From: Macrostomum lignano
Taxonomy: Eukaryota
Assembly: GCA_002269645.1 (NCBI GenBank)
Contig: NIVC01000584.1
Span: forward strand, 1 to 64,000
DNA length: 64,000 nucleotides
Direction of reading: 5' to 3'
Made by a program: the position numbers and the translations under genes. The notes below the pieces were generated by a model. It was not told the origin of the DNA and did not search any database. It saw nothing but the letters and a program-made list of their open reading frames with translations. Positions 34,818 through 46,470 of the stretch are shown here, piece by piece (the first letter of the stretch is position 1; every line of letters begins with the position of its first letter).

Positions 34818-36487
34818 TGTTGCTTTTTTTCTGCTGAGAAACTGAGAAGTTGCAAGAAAGTAAACAGGACAAACCGGTGCTCAAGCTCAATTGAAGCTGA
34901 TTATAGCAGAATCGCAGGTAATAACAACAATAATAACCAACTCACCGATAGAGAAAATTTGTTCGCACAGTCCGCTCTGTTGATTCCAAAACTTGGGTCC
35001 ACTAAAGGGGGCGGTGGCTTGTCTCGCAATTAAATTAATACAAGAGCTGGGGTAGAATTGGTGGTGTTGGGGGGAGGGTGAGTCGGCGAGGCCGCAGGTA
35101 ACAAACAGAGCGGCCCAGCGGGTTTGAGCTATGAGGGGGGGTTGGCTATCAGTGCGGAGGGTCGGGGGGTCGGCGTGGCGCTTATCTTTGAGGCGATAAG
35201 CGCGCACACAAAAGACCAACACGCGTGCGCACATTGGTAGGGGTCTGTGCGCCCGGGGGGGGGAGTGAGGGGGTTGTTGTTGACTCCGTTTGTATCGCTG
35301 AGTATCGACAGAGCTTGGCCCTGAGTGCTTGGCTGTCTTTTGATTTCAACTCCAAGCTTTGCATTCACATGGCTATGCGTAAGGCCAGTCCGCCGTGTGT
35401 TGTGGTTGTTTGCCTGCCTGCACTTGACTAGAAGTGAAGTGCTCACTCGCTCTGCTCACTCGATTGTTGCTGATTTAATGCAACAACTTCAACCCCAATA
35501 ACAGAATCGTTTCGCCAAGTTGGCCGACCAGCAGCCCAGCGAATTATGCAGAAGATGAAGCAACGCGGACCAGAAGAAAACTGATTTTAAAGTTTCCCGA
35601 TGTCGCCGCCCTAGACCCTGTGAACCCAGCGTCATTTGCAGTTGCTGTGAGCTGAAGTCAATCTCTTTGCCAGTGCTCTGAGATGGCGGTTTTCAGTGTT
35701 GCTGAGCATGATTTTCTTAATTTCGTGTTTTGTTCTGCATCGTGGGGCGCCATCGTGGGGCTTTTATAGCACCCGGGGCGCCAGAACCGGCATATAATTC
35801 CCTGCAGTCGATTAGGGAGGGGGTTGCAGGTGCAGCCCCCTTTACTCCCTGGCTGCGAGCAACAACTGGTTGAACTTTCGTCCGTCTCGGTTGAGGGTTG
35901 GCTCTTGTTGCTTTTGCTGAATATATGCTCAAGTCACATGAGTTGCCTCAGTGGGCTAAATCAAGTGCTTTCATTCGTGAACATTATTTATAATATTAGT
36001 CATTATAGCTTTTTCAACTGACAATCTCTTGCATAAACCTTAACTACATGTAATTTCGCTACAACTCAGAACTTTGTGAGGCTTTTCGCAAGTGCGAGGT
36101 ACTCGTACTCAGGAAAAATGGTACCACCCTGAGCCTCCGCCGCCTTCCCTGCCCTGTCTTTATCGCTTCCACTCTCCTCTCATGTGCCTATTGCTCATAA
36201 CTGGTTTACCGTGCCAGCATTGGCTGCAAAGCTGCTTATCTGCCCGACAGACAGACGGCAGATTGGGCTGGCAAATTCTTTCCAGTTGTTGACGCTATTT
36301 TAGCGATTTCGCTGGCAGATTTAAATATTTATCGCTGCCTATTCTGCATGGCATCGCATTTTCTGTTTGATCTAGTCCCCGGGGCTCTGGAAATCTGCTT
36401 GAGATTGCTCAGCCAGGTTCAGATGGTTTCATGAGCGTCAGGCACGGAATTCTCGGAGGACTTTCCTGGAGGAGAGAGTTCTTCATC

Positions 36488-36795
36488 CGGGTGGGACTTT
36501 GGATGGGGATTCTCCGGGTGGGAATCTCGGGTGGGACTTTGGATGGGGATTCTCCGGGTGGGAATCTCGGGTGGGACTTTGGATGGGGATTCTCCGGGTG
36601 GGAATTTCGGAGGGATTCTCCGGGTGGGACTCTCGGGTGGGACTTTGGATGGGGATTATCCGGGTGGGAATTTCGGAGGGATTCTCCGGGTGGGACTCTT
36701 GAGGAGATTCTCCGGTGGGAATCTCGGGGGATGGATTCTCCGGGTGGGAATCTCGGAGGGATTCTTCAATGGGAATCTTGGGAATCTCGTGGGAG
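36488..36795. repeat. GGATTCTCCGGGTGGGA-type minisatellite
   Basis: Repeated GGATTCTCCGGGTGGGA(A/C)T cores. Confidence 0.85.
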
Positions 36796-37974
36796 GGGAT
36801 TTACCGTCAGTGTGAGACTCTTGAGGGAACTAGGGGTTCTCCGGATGGGAAATCTCCATGAAAGATAACTCTTCAGGAGGGGATCTTCAGGTAGCTTCTC
36901 CAAGAGGAGATCTCGGAGAGACATTCGCATGGGCAACCTGAATGGTAAAAACCGGCTATCCGGCGTCCTGCAGAAACCCCCCCCTGACGAAAATATCAGA
37001 CCAAGGACTACTGACTAACGAAGTGTCAGACCAGAGACCAGACCAAAGCCGTGTTTGTGCGAGAAATTCTCAGATCGAATTGCCCAGCTGAAGCTCGTCA
37101 CTTGCCACTAGTCAGGGGGGAGCGCTCGAGTATTGAGTTACCTCAGGCCTGCAGCAAGGCTTGTGAATAGCTAATGATTGTTTGGCTATCAGAATTTTTG
37201 GCAGCCAGAGACGAGCAGTCGTGCATGACTGACGGTGGGTCAACAATGACTCAGGGGTGTGAGCATGTGACATTATAGTACAGCTGGTAAACCTGGCGTT
37301 GCGCATGGCTAATTAATAGGTGATCTGTCATTTCCTGTCACTCTTGTTCTTCTAAAACCCTCACAGAACAGATACTAATAGATTCAAAGCACATTTTAAA
37401 ATTATTTTTACGGCGCCAACAGTAATGAATAATATCGAATTTCCAAATATGACCAATTTATGGGCATAATGGGCGTTGTCCCTGCCTGGCGTCCACCTGC
37501 CTCACTGACTCAGTGCGCAGGTCGATAAGGCCCCGCCTGCGCCCAGCGCAATTGGACACGACGCTCTTTCATTCGGTTCGAGAGCAAAGTTTGCCAATTG
37601 TAGCGAACCATTTGACTCAGAGGTAAGCTCAGCAGCTTGACCTCAGCGAAGGATCGGTCCGAGGGTCTGCAGAAGTCGCGGCAGCAACAAATAAAAGCGC
37701 TCCGTTTTTATTGGCGTGGTTTTTACGAGCGTAGATAAAAAAATCCAATGACACTGTACTGTCGCAAGCGCAGGTAAAATTCTGACTTATGTTTACGTTC
37801 TTTCGATAGCAAAATAAACTTGCGTCAGTACTCGCTTGGCAAAATATATGTTTCTCAAAATTGGTTTGCTATTCATTACTTATTTAGATGGAAATTCGAA
37901 AAAACTTCGTTTCCTCACAGAATACAATGAAATTCCAACTAGCTAAATTGCATTCTCTCGGACCCCCCCCCTCC

Positions 37975-38200
37975 CCACAATGTACATTGCTACACACTCT
38001 CGTCCCCCACAATGTACATTATCGCACACTCTCGTTCCCGTCAATGTAAATTTCCGCACACTTTCGGCCCCTGACAATGTACATTGCCGCACACTCTTGG
38101 CCCGTCAATGTACATTGCCGCACACTCTCGTTCCCCCGTCAATGTACATTGCCGCACACTCTCGTTCCCCCGTCAATGTACATTGCCGCACACTCTCGTC
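37975..38200. repeat. About 34-bp tandem repeat AATGTACATTGCCGCACACTCTCG..., 6-7 copies
   Basis: Direct inspection. Confidence 0.85.
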
Positions 38201-39559
38201 CACCACAATGAAAATACCGCACACATGTTTTTTATCAATGTACCTCAATTTACCGTCCCCAAAATTCAATTTTCAGCCATGATTTTGGTTTCATTAAAAG
38301 CTGAACAACTCAGTAAATTGCTTAATCGCAAACGCTTTTCGGATGTGTGATCTTAAATGTGTGCAACCGCCGATACCGGGTGAAACCTTTGCACAGTGAC
38401 CATTTTGCAAGCTCAAGTAATGAAACCTGCATTTCCTGTATTTGACTCCAGTTGCAGGCGGTTATAACCGTTCTCAACTCGACGGCCGAAAACGGCCATA
38501 GACAATTTGCAAACCTACGATCATGCATGTCTCGCTTAGATTTACATGTACAATTTACATGGATCCCTTTTATTTTGATGAAGAGCCTGGTGAGAACGAA
38601 TGACAACGTTGAAAGCGCGTGTAGCTTACATGAGGACATCCAACTGGAGGAAGATCACGGCGATCAATGGCATCAAAACTGTCGTAGGGATGGACGACAG
38701 GCTCGCAGCTGTCCCAGAGTTCATCGATACCCCAGCTGTTCGGCCGGACTGGGTACCGCCACAATCAGCGAATGGCGGTGCCTAGCCGATGAGCTGTTGA
38801 AAAGGATTGCTAGTTAGAACGAACGGGCGTTTCGATGAGTTGCCAAATACGCGTATTGTGACCAAGTCATAAGTGGAAGGATTACGACGTGAGGACGGCG
38901 GCGTGAGGACGGTGACAACGATTCTCTCCCGCCTTCGCTTTTTAAAAAATCTCTCCATCCCTTGCTCGTGCTTCGCGTGCATGCCACACCGGGCCAATAA
39001 TTACAGAAAAGTTATACAGTATCTCTTTTCAATGAAAGGACTGTTTGCCCTAGGAAGCGGCTAATTAGAGAAAACAGAAGAGGCGAGTGATACAGGGGAG
39101 AGAGAACATAAAACTACAAAGGAAGCTGGCGTCCTCAGATTCGCACTTACAAGCTTCTGTTCCCTTGAACAGAACTTTGAGGCTATCGCTAGTCAGTGTC
39201 CCGCGACGGAAGGCACCCGGCGAAGGCTCGCAGTAATGATGGAGGCGGGCATCTCCGGTTCGGTGAGGTTCGCCGCCGACTTTTGAATCGAAGATTAGCG
39301 GCGATTTTTGAAACGAATGAAGCGAGCTACGCTTTGAGCTGCGGCTGTAGTGCTGGCAGGATTAGGCTGCGCAGATCGAACCTTTGAATTAAAATTAGCT
39401 CAGTCTTTCAATAAAATTTTATAATCCACGGGTTGGTAGCCAGCAGGAGCTCTGCGCCTTTTTATCGCGTGACACGTTCAATTTTAGTGTCTTTATTACA
39501 GACTCGTTTGAATGGACACGATTAGGAAGCGCTGGGATCACCTTTGATGTCTTAGTCTT

Positions 39560-39960
39560 TGCCATTTCCGCCCCTCACAGCCTCCGCCCCGTTTCGCTCC
39601 TCATAGCCTCCGCTCCTCACAGTCTCGCCCTCACAGCTCGCCTCACAGCCTCGCCCCTCACAGCCTCGCCCCTCATAGCCTCGCCCCTCACAGCCTCGCC
39701 CCTCACAGCCTCGCCCTCACAGCTTCGCCCCTCACAGCCTCGCCCTCACAGCCTCGCCTCACAGCTTCGCCCCTCACAGCCTTCGCCCTCACAGCCTCGC
39801 CCTCACAGCTTCGCCCTCACAGCCTCGCCCTCACAGCCTCGCCCTCACAGCCTCGCCCCTCACAGCCTCGCCCTCACAGCCTCGCCCCTCACAGCCTCGC
39901 CCCTCACAGCCTCGCCTCACAGCCTCGCCCCTTTCCACCCCTCACCTCTTGTTTCCGCTC
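39560..39960. repeat. 14-15-bp minisatellite CACAGCCTCGCCC(C)T
   Basis: Direct inspection. Confidence 0.9.
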
Positions 39961-40644
39961 CTTTCTGCACCTTTCCGCCCGCTTCTCCGCCCTTTCCGCC
40001 TGGCCCCTCACCCTCCACAATCTACTTCAAAAGCAAACTTTTCTGCCCAGTCTTGTGTCAACACCTCTTAAGTCCCTTGAGTCTTGTTGACAAGCAGGCA
40101 GCATACGACGGCCCGTAGAAAGGCAAGATTGTTTTCGGTTACTTTTGAGGTCACAGCTTGCGCTCAAAACAGATTTTGTCCTTGCTTTGATGATGTAGAT
40201 TTACTTAGCTAGCATGATGTTGCGCGCAACTAGCCTTTAAAAGATTTTCTAAGAAACGAAGTTTATGGTCCTACATGTTTGGTGAATGGCCCTCATGGAC
40301 GTGGACTGCATCACATACAAACTGCTCAGCTAGCAACTACTGTTGATACATTGCCTCAACCTTGGAGCAAGCTGACTGCTAGAGGCTCTTTGAAGCAGTC
40401 CGCACTGAATCGTTCTTCAATGGTGGGACAAAGTTATTTTTCGTTGATAAAAATGAGAAAGGATGAAGGCAGGTTTGCGCAGGCTGTGTTCGATAACTGA
40501 CTGCGAGGAAAATTAAAAATATTCACCCTGTTCCCTGGCAATGCCTTTTTATTTGACAATATATAAACTTCAAACTTATCGAACCAAGAGCCAAATATGA
40601 GCAAGGAACTGTTTCTCAGCTCATTTAGCTCTTAAAGATAATGC

Positions 40645-40820
40645 TGTCGCTTAAAATCTCACCTGAGGACAAGATTTGAATCTCACCTGAGGACAAGATT
40701 TGAATCTCACCTGAGGACAAGATTTGAATCTCACCTGAAGACAAGATCGCAATCTCACCTGAGGACAAGATTTGAATCTCACCTGAGGACAAGATTCGAA
40801 TCTCACCTGAGGACAAGATC
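40645..40820. repeat. 24-bp tandem repeat ATCTCACCTGAGGACAAGATTTGA, about 7 copies
   Basis: Direct inspection; lies just 3' of the GPCR stop. Confidence 0.92.
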
Positions 40821-40875
40821 AAAGAGAACATTCTAACCTACATCTAGAATAGGGCAGCCATAGTTAAAAACTTTG

Positions 40876-42174
40876 TCAGTTTTCGTCCAGTTGCTGGTGG
40901 GAGCCGCCTGCACTGTCGCTCAGCTCCTGTGGACTGCGCTGGTAGGTCGTCGAACCACCCGCTGTTGTGCCACCGGCGCCGCCGCCGCCGCCGCCGCCGC
41001 TGATGATGGCGCCAACGACTCCGGCAACGTTGGCGGCCGCGGCAGCCGCGGTGGTGCCACCAGCCGAAGCGCCCCGCCTGCTGGCAGTCGTGGGGGAGGC
41101 GCAGAACTGGCGCAGGATGCCGGTGGTGCATGTGTAGATGAAGAAGTTGCACAGCGAGTCCAGCTCAACCAGGGTGTTCACCACCAGCTCGGTCAGCGGC
41201 GCCTTGTTCTTGATGAAGCCGCACACGTCCGTGGGGCTCTCGAGCACCAGGCAGGTGAGCGACAGGGCCACAATCAGCTGCATGCTGCGGCGCTCGCGCT
41301 TCGCCTGACGGCGGCACTTCTTCCGGCGACGCCGCCTGCGCTGCTGCAGCTCACGGAGCTGCTGCTGGTCCTCGCTGGTCTCCTGCGGCGCCTCGTCCTC
41401 CTCGGACGTGGCCGGGTCCGGACAGAGACCGGCCTGCTGCTGCTGCTGGTGCAGCTGCTGCATCTGCTGTATCTGCTGCATCTGCTGCGAGCACAGCCGC
41501 CTCCTCAGGTGGCCGGCCTTCCGGAGCACTGACACCGTGATGACGGTGGCCAGCAGGATGGACAGGATCGGCACCATGCCCTGGTAGGTGTAGAACACCA
41601 CCTCAATGGCGTGCACCTGCGCCTGAGTCCAGTGGGCCCGGCTCAGCCTGGCGTCCTGCGCCGTCACCATCAGCGCGCTGAGTGCAAGGCCGGCCAAGGC
41701 GGCCACCGTTTCCATGGCAACAATGTAGGCCGGCTTGAACAGGGTGCGGCCGGAGGAGCGGCTGGCCACAGGGCGGCAGACGGCCTCCAGACGGGACCAG
41801 GAGATCAAGCCCATGGTCCAGTTGCGCATGGTCAGGGAGAAGCGCAGCAGCGCCTGCAGCGCCAGCAGCGCGGGCGGCGAGCCTTCGCGGCGTGACGGCG
41901 CGGATCGGGCCAGCTGGTCGGCGTAGGCCGCGATGACGGACAGGTGGAAGAGGATCTCGAACACCGACATGGTCACCACCAGACGGCGGGGCACCGGGTG
42001 GACGGCCTTGTCCCGCACCAGGAAAAACAGCGCCGAGAAGGCGGACAAGAGGACATTCACTGTGGACAGCGGGATGTACACGTAGGGCTCTGCCAGGTGG
42101 CCCAGTGGGCCCGGCCGCTGCCAGTCGGGACCGCCGCCTCCGGGGTCCTCAGCGCCGGTCCAGTTGGAGGTCAT
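40876..42174 (-). CDS. Orphan rhodopsin-like (class A) 7TM receptor, intronless CDS
   Basis: Seven hydrophobic segments. TM3 RNWTMGLISWSRLEAVCRP (DRY position = SRL), TM6 LESP, TM7 DSLCNFFIY. N-terminal NWT glycosylation site. Likely ATG 42174 follows a 3' splice site. Confidence 0.85.
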   Translation of the reverse strand: MTSNWTGAEDPGGGGPDWQRPGPLGHLAEPYVYIPLSTVNVLLSAFSALFFLVRDKAVHPVPRRLVVTMSVFEILFHLSVIAAYADQLARSAPSRREGSPPALLALQALLRFSLTMRNWTMGLISWSRLEAVCRPVASRSSGRTLFKPAYIVAMETVAALAGLALSALMVTAQDARLSRAHWTQAQVHAIEVVFYTYQGMVPILSILLATVITVSVLRKAGHLRRRLCSQQMQQIQQMQQLHQQQQQAGLCPDPATSEEDEAPQETSEDQQQLRELQQRRRRRRKKCRRQAKRERRSMQLIVALSLTCLVLESPTDVCGFIKNKAPLTELVVNTLVELDSLCNFFIYTCTTGILRQFCASPTTASRRGASAGGTTAAAAAANVAGVVGAIISGGGGGGGAGGTTAGGSTTYQRSPQELSDSAGGSHQQLDEN

Positions 42175-42284
42175 TGGAGAGCCTAGCAGTTGGTGGGACG
42201 ACAAAGTAAGCGCACTTGTTGATTCTTTCAACTTATGGTAGCCTACTTATAGTAGCAGCAGTATTTTAGTTTGGCACGTCTTTT

Positions 42285-42740
42285 GAGGGGCGCCATTTTA
42301 TGTAAGTGGCGCCATTTTATTTGATGAAGGTGGCTATTTCACTTGAGGAGGGTCATTTTATTTGAGGAAGTGGCGCCACTTCAATTGAGGCAGTGGCGCC
42401 ATTTCTAACGAGGGAGTTGCGCCATTTTTATTGAGGCAGTGGCGCCATTTATATTGAGGCAGAGGCGCCATTTCTATTGAGGCAGTGGCGCCATTTATAT
42501 TGAGGCAGTGGCGCCATTTCTATTGAGGCAGTGGCGCCATTTATATTGAGGCAGTGGCGCCATTTCTATTGAGAGAGTGGCGCCATTTCTTTTGAGAGAG
42601 TGGCGCCATTTCTATCGAGAGGCTGGCGCCATTTCTAGTCAGTGGCGCCATTTCTATTGAGAGTGGCGCCATTTCTATCGAGAGGGTGGCGCCATTTTCA
42701 TTGAGGCAGTGGCGCCATTTCTATCGAGAGGGTGGCGCGG
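42285..42740. repeat. 22-25-bp minisatellite with GGCGCCATTT in each unit
   Basis: Unit TGGCGCCATTT(C/A)TATTGAGGCAG, roughly 18 copies. Confidence 0.9.
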
Positions 42741-43194
42741 CATCTTCAAATAAACTGAGCACTGCTATTCGCAGTGCCTGAAGTTTTGCTTTCGAAATTG
42801 AAGCGAGACAAAATATCGGGTTAATCAACCAGTCTTACCTGGCGACAGCTGCGTCCTACCCGCGCGATCCTGGAGGCCACAGGAGAGGGCAGCTCTACTG
42901 GATGATATCGTCTCCAACTTCATCTCTTCCTCATCATCTCAGGCATAAATCTCAGGCTAGACAGGACCCGCTGATAGGGGGTGGGGGACACAGGAAGTCC
43001 ACACTCGCTGGCCTCTGAAGCAGACCAGCTGGGCCAATCAGGGCCCCAGCGATTGCCCCTCTCTTTTCCCGTTTCCACCGCCCAGACAGCGCGGCACTGC
43101 TGGCCTGTCACTTTGAATATCGGCTTTGCTCACGGGGACTCGGACAGCTGACAGCGGGCGAGGGTGCTGCCGCTTCAGCAGATACCGGATGCGC

Positions 43195-43612
43195 TGGGGA
43201 CAGGTAGACAGACAGACACACGCACAGGCAGACAGATCCAGACAGGCAGACAGACAGACAGACAGACAGACAGAAGGCAGTCAGACAGACAGACAGGCAG
43301 AAGGCAGTCAGACAGACAGAAAGGCAGAAGGCAGTCAGACAGACAGGCAGAAGTCAGTCAGACAGACAGAAAAGCAGAAGGCAGTCAGACAGACAGACAG
43401 AAGGCAGTCAGACAGACAGGCAGAAGGCAGTCAGACAAACAGACAGACAGAAGGCAGTCAGACAGACAGGCAGAAGGCAGTCAGACAGACAGACAGGCAG
43501 AAGGCAGTCAGACAAACAGACAGGCAGAAGGCAGTCAGACAGACAGACAGACAGAAGGCAATCAGACAGACAGGCAGAAGGCAGTCAGACAGAGGCAGGC
43601 AGAGACAGACAG
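43195..43612. repeat. (AGAC)n / AGAAGGCAGTCAGAC compound microsatellite
   Basis: Direct inspection. Confidence 0.92.
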
Positions 43613-44199
43613 CCACAGCGAGGGACTGAAATCCCAAAGGTGAGCATCTCGCACCAAAGCAGATCCATCTAAAAACAAAAACCGAGGCTGAAACTGCGCG
43701 ATCCCCCCTCCCTGACCTGAATGCCGGGGCTAATAAAAATTCCCAAAGAGATGGCTGCCCCCGACAGCCCCTCTCCAGATGAAGCTGGATGAGCAGCTGG
43801 GAGCGGCCTCTAAATTGCTAATTCGAATTGTTGATACACGGGCGTTGCAGATAATTTTTGTTATTGGAAAAAACGAGTGCGTGAGGTGAGGGCGGTTCCT
43901 GCTGAGATGGTTTAGAGACTTTCTTTGCTATTCGGTGCCTGTTGAGTCTTCCGTCCGTGAAACTGCATGCCAACTATGGCACCCTGATTATGCGTTTATG
44001 AGAAAATAATAAATCAGATGGCCTCGCTGTCAGCTAAGCGAAAGGCTAATCAGGATGCAGTAACAGCTACAGGCGAGAATTTCCTTATTAGACAAGAAAA
44101 ACAAAAGGCAGTCTCAGCGCTTATTGAGTTAATTAAGTGAGCAGCAGTTGCATGTTGGAATAAATTATACTTCTGCTTTTCAAAACAGGATTAATGCGA

Positions 44200-44600
44200 C
44201 TCTCACCTGAGAAAATGAGGCTGGAATATTGTTTGAGAAATGAGATTAGATTAGATCAGATGAGATCTCACCTGACAAAGGAAATGAGATGAGAATCTCG
44301 CCTGAGATTAGATGAGAATCGCACCTGAGAGAATAGATGAGAATCTCACCTGACAAAGGAAATGAGATGAGAATCTCGCCTGAGATATTAGATGAGAATC
44401 TCACCTGAGAGAATAGATGAGAATCTCACCTGACAAAGGAAATGAGATGAGAATCTTACCTGAGATATTAGATGAGAATCTCACCTGAAAGATGAGATGA
44501 GAAATCTCCCCTAAGAGATGAAGTGAGAATCTCACCTGTAAGATACATGTAAGATGCGAATCTCGCCTAAGAAATAAGATGAGAATCTTACCTGAGACGA
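44200..44600. repeat. GATGAGAATCTC(A/G)CCTGA minisatellite
   Basis: Shares AATCTCACCTGA with the 40645-40820 array. Confidence 0.85.
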
Positions 44601-45609
44601 GATGCGAATTTCAACCGAGAAAACATGTAGACAGAACGTCACGGGTGAGATACTGGTATGATTAGTAAAGGGCAATGAAAATTGTATTATTTGCATTCTC
44701 AGATCTCCCTGCCGCTCTGAAAAGATTGAGCAGCTTCTCAAAATAATGGAAAAAAGCAACCGCTTCAATAAGAGCAAAAGCCAACAGAAATTGAGCAGCC
44801 GTGCCACAGCAACAATATAATGGAAATACTCAGGTGTTTCTGCCAATAGCGTCAATTATATTTTTGCCGTTTGCAAGCAAATGAAAAAATATATATTTAT
44901 TCATATAATCATCAAAACAGGACAAATGTCTGGTCGTTTTCGCGAGAGACTACTGGGCAGTAGCGAGTATCTGTCAGCAGCAATTTTGCGAGTAAACAAA
45001 TTAGTGCACAGCGGGCGGAGGGAGATGAGAGTACGGATGGTACTTATGAATGGAAGAGAAATCACGAATCAGCCAGTTGTTCATCAATGAATCGGTGCAA
45101 TGTGATAGCGCAGAGTGTACACATTCGAAGGCCAAAAATTCAAATAACAACAGTGCATCATGAGCTCAGAATCAAAAAGCAAGTTTATGTGCAAAAATCA
45201 GCAAAACATGCCGCCATGCCGTGTAGAAGACAGGGAAAGTTAATGTGACCTTAATTGACCTTCTTGTTTAATCTAATAAACAATTTATTTAGCATTCACG
45301 CTCATCGAATGATAAACTGAACCACAGCACAGATACTAGAATAACAAGATGTCGCAAAAATTTGCTTATCTACTCTTATCAGTAGCAAAATCAGTAGCGG
45401 TTTTTTGCCTCTAAAAGACTAAAATAAAAATTATTAAATCTTACAAGATATCTTAAGGTTTCTGAAGCTGCAACAATGACCTCCGGTTTTCTTCAAGCAG
45501 ATCCATTAAATTTGCATCTTCATCCTGTTTTTTTTCGATTGGCTGGGAGGTGGGAGCGCCCTAGCCCCAGCCCAGCTAGATGAACAGTTAGGCTTTCCTA
45601 TCCTTGTGC

Positions 45610-45925
45610 CTGACTTTGATCTCTCTCCTTACTGCTCTCTCATTGGCTGAGAAAAATTGGGCCTGCCCCTAGACTGAGTTTCGTCCGTTTGACTTTGACT
45701 TGTCTCCTTACTGCTCTCTCATTGGCTGAGAAAGATTGGGCCTGCCCCTAGACTGAGTTTCGTCCGTTTGACTTGGACTTGTCTCCTTACTGATCTCTCA
45801 TTGGCTGAGCTAGATTGGGCTTGCCCCTAGACTGAGTTTCGTCCGTTTGACTTTGACTTGTCTCCTTACTGCTCTCTCATTGGCTGAGCTAGATTTGGCC
45901 TGCCCCCAGACTCAGTTTCGTCCGT
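45610..45925. repeat. 79-bp tandem repeat, 4 copies, with CTCATTGGCTGAG
   Basis: ATTGG at 45642, 45721, 45800, 45879. Confidence 0.92.
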
Positions 45926-46470
45926 CTTGCGTTCACTAGTGTACTATCGAATTAAATGCAGGTTGTTCATTATTAAACCCAAACCCCATATGGCCGAAAG
46001 GAACTTTTAGCTACTACATCAAATTTAAGTGTCTTTTCGCAGACAAACTACCGAGAACAGAGACGCTCTACTTTTACACTTCAGCGGCGAATGAAATCTA
46101 GTTATTCTGGTATCTGTAGACAACAGCAGAGAAAAAACTGCGCTGCTCGGAAACAATAAAAAACAAATATTAACACAAAACACATCCGAGCTAAAACACA
46201 ATAGAGATTTGAAACCCCCGGTAAACAATTCAAACCATGGGTTTGTGAAACTAAAGCAAGACTTTACAGCAATCTGATCATATACTGGTCATTGCCCTAA
46301 TTTCATCGCCCTTGCCTCATTTACCTGTATTTTTCTATCAAAAAATTTGGAAGCACTTGTCTGGGAAAACAATACAAAACATATATGAAAAAAATTCCTA
46401 ACAAAAACGGAACCGACAATTCCCAGGTCAAACGAGGCGGTACAAGAACTGGAAGCGGGCTGAGAGGCTG

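Noticed and set aside
38452-38817. MULE transposase fragment (RTNDNVE) or 61-aa ORF at 38600-38785
   Set aside because: A single short motif with no other transposase features, and no support for the small ORF.
42830-42850. U1 snRNA 5' end (CTTACCTGG)
   Set aside because: No U1 stem-loops or Sm site follow; better read as a - strand splice donor.
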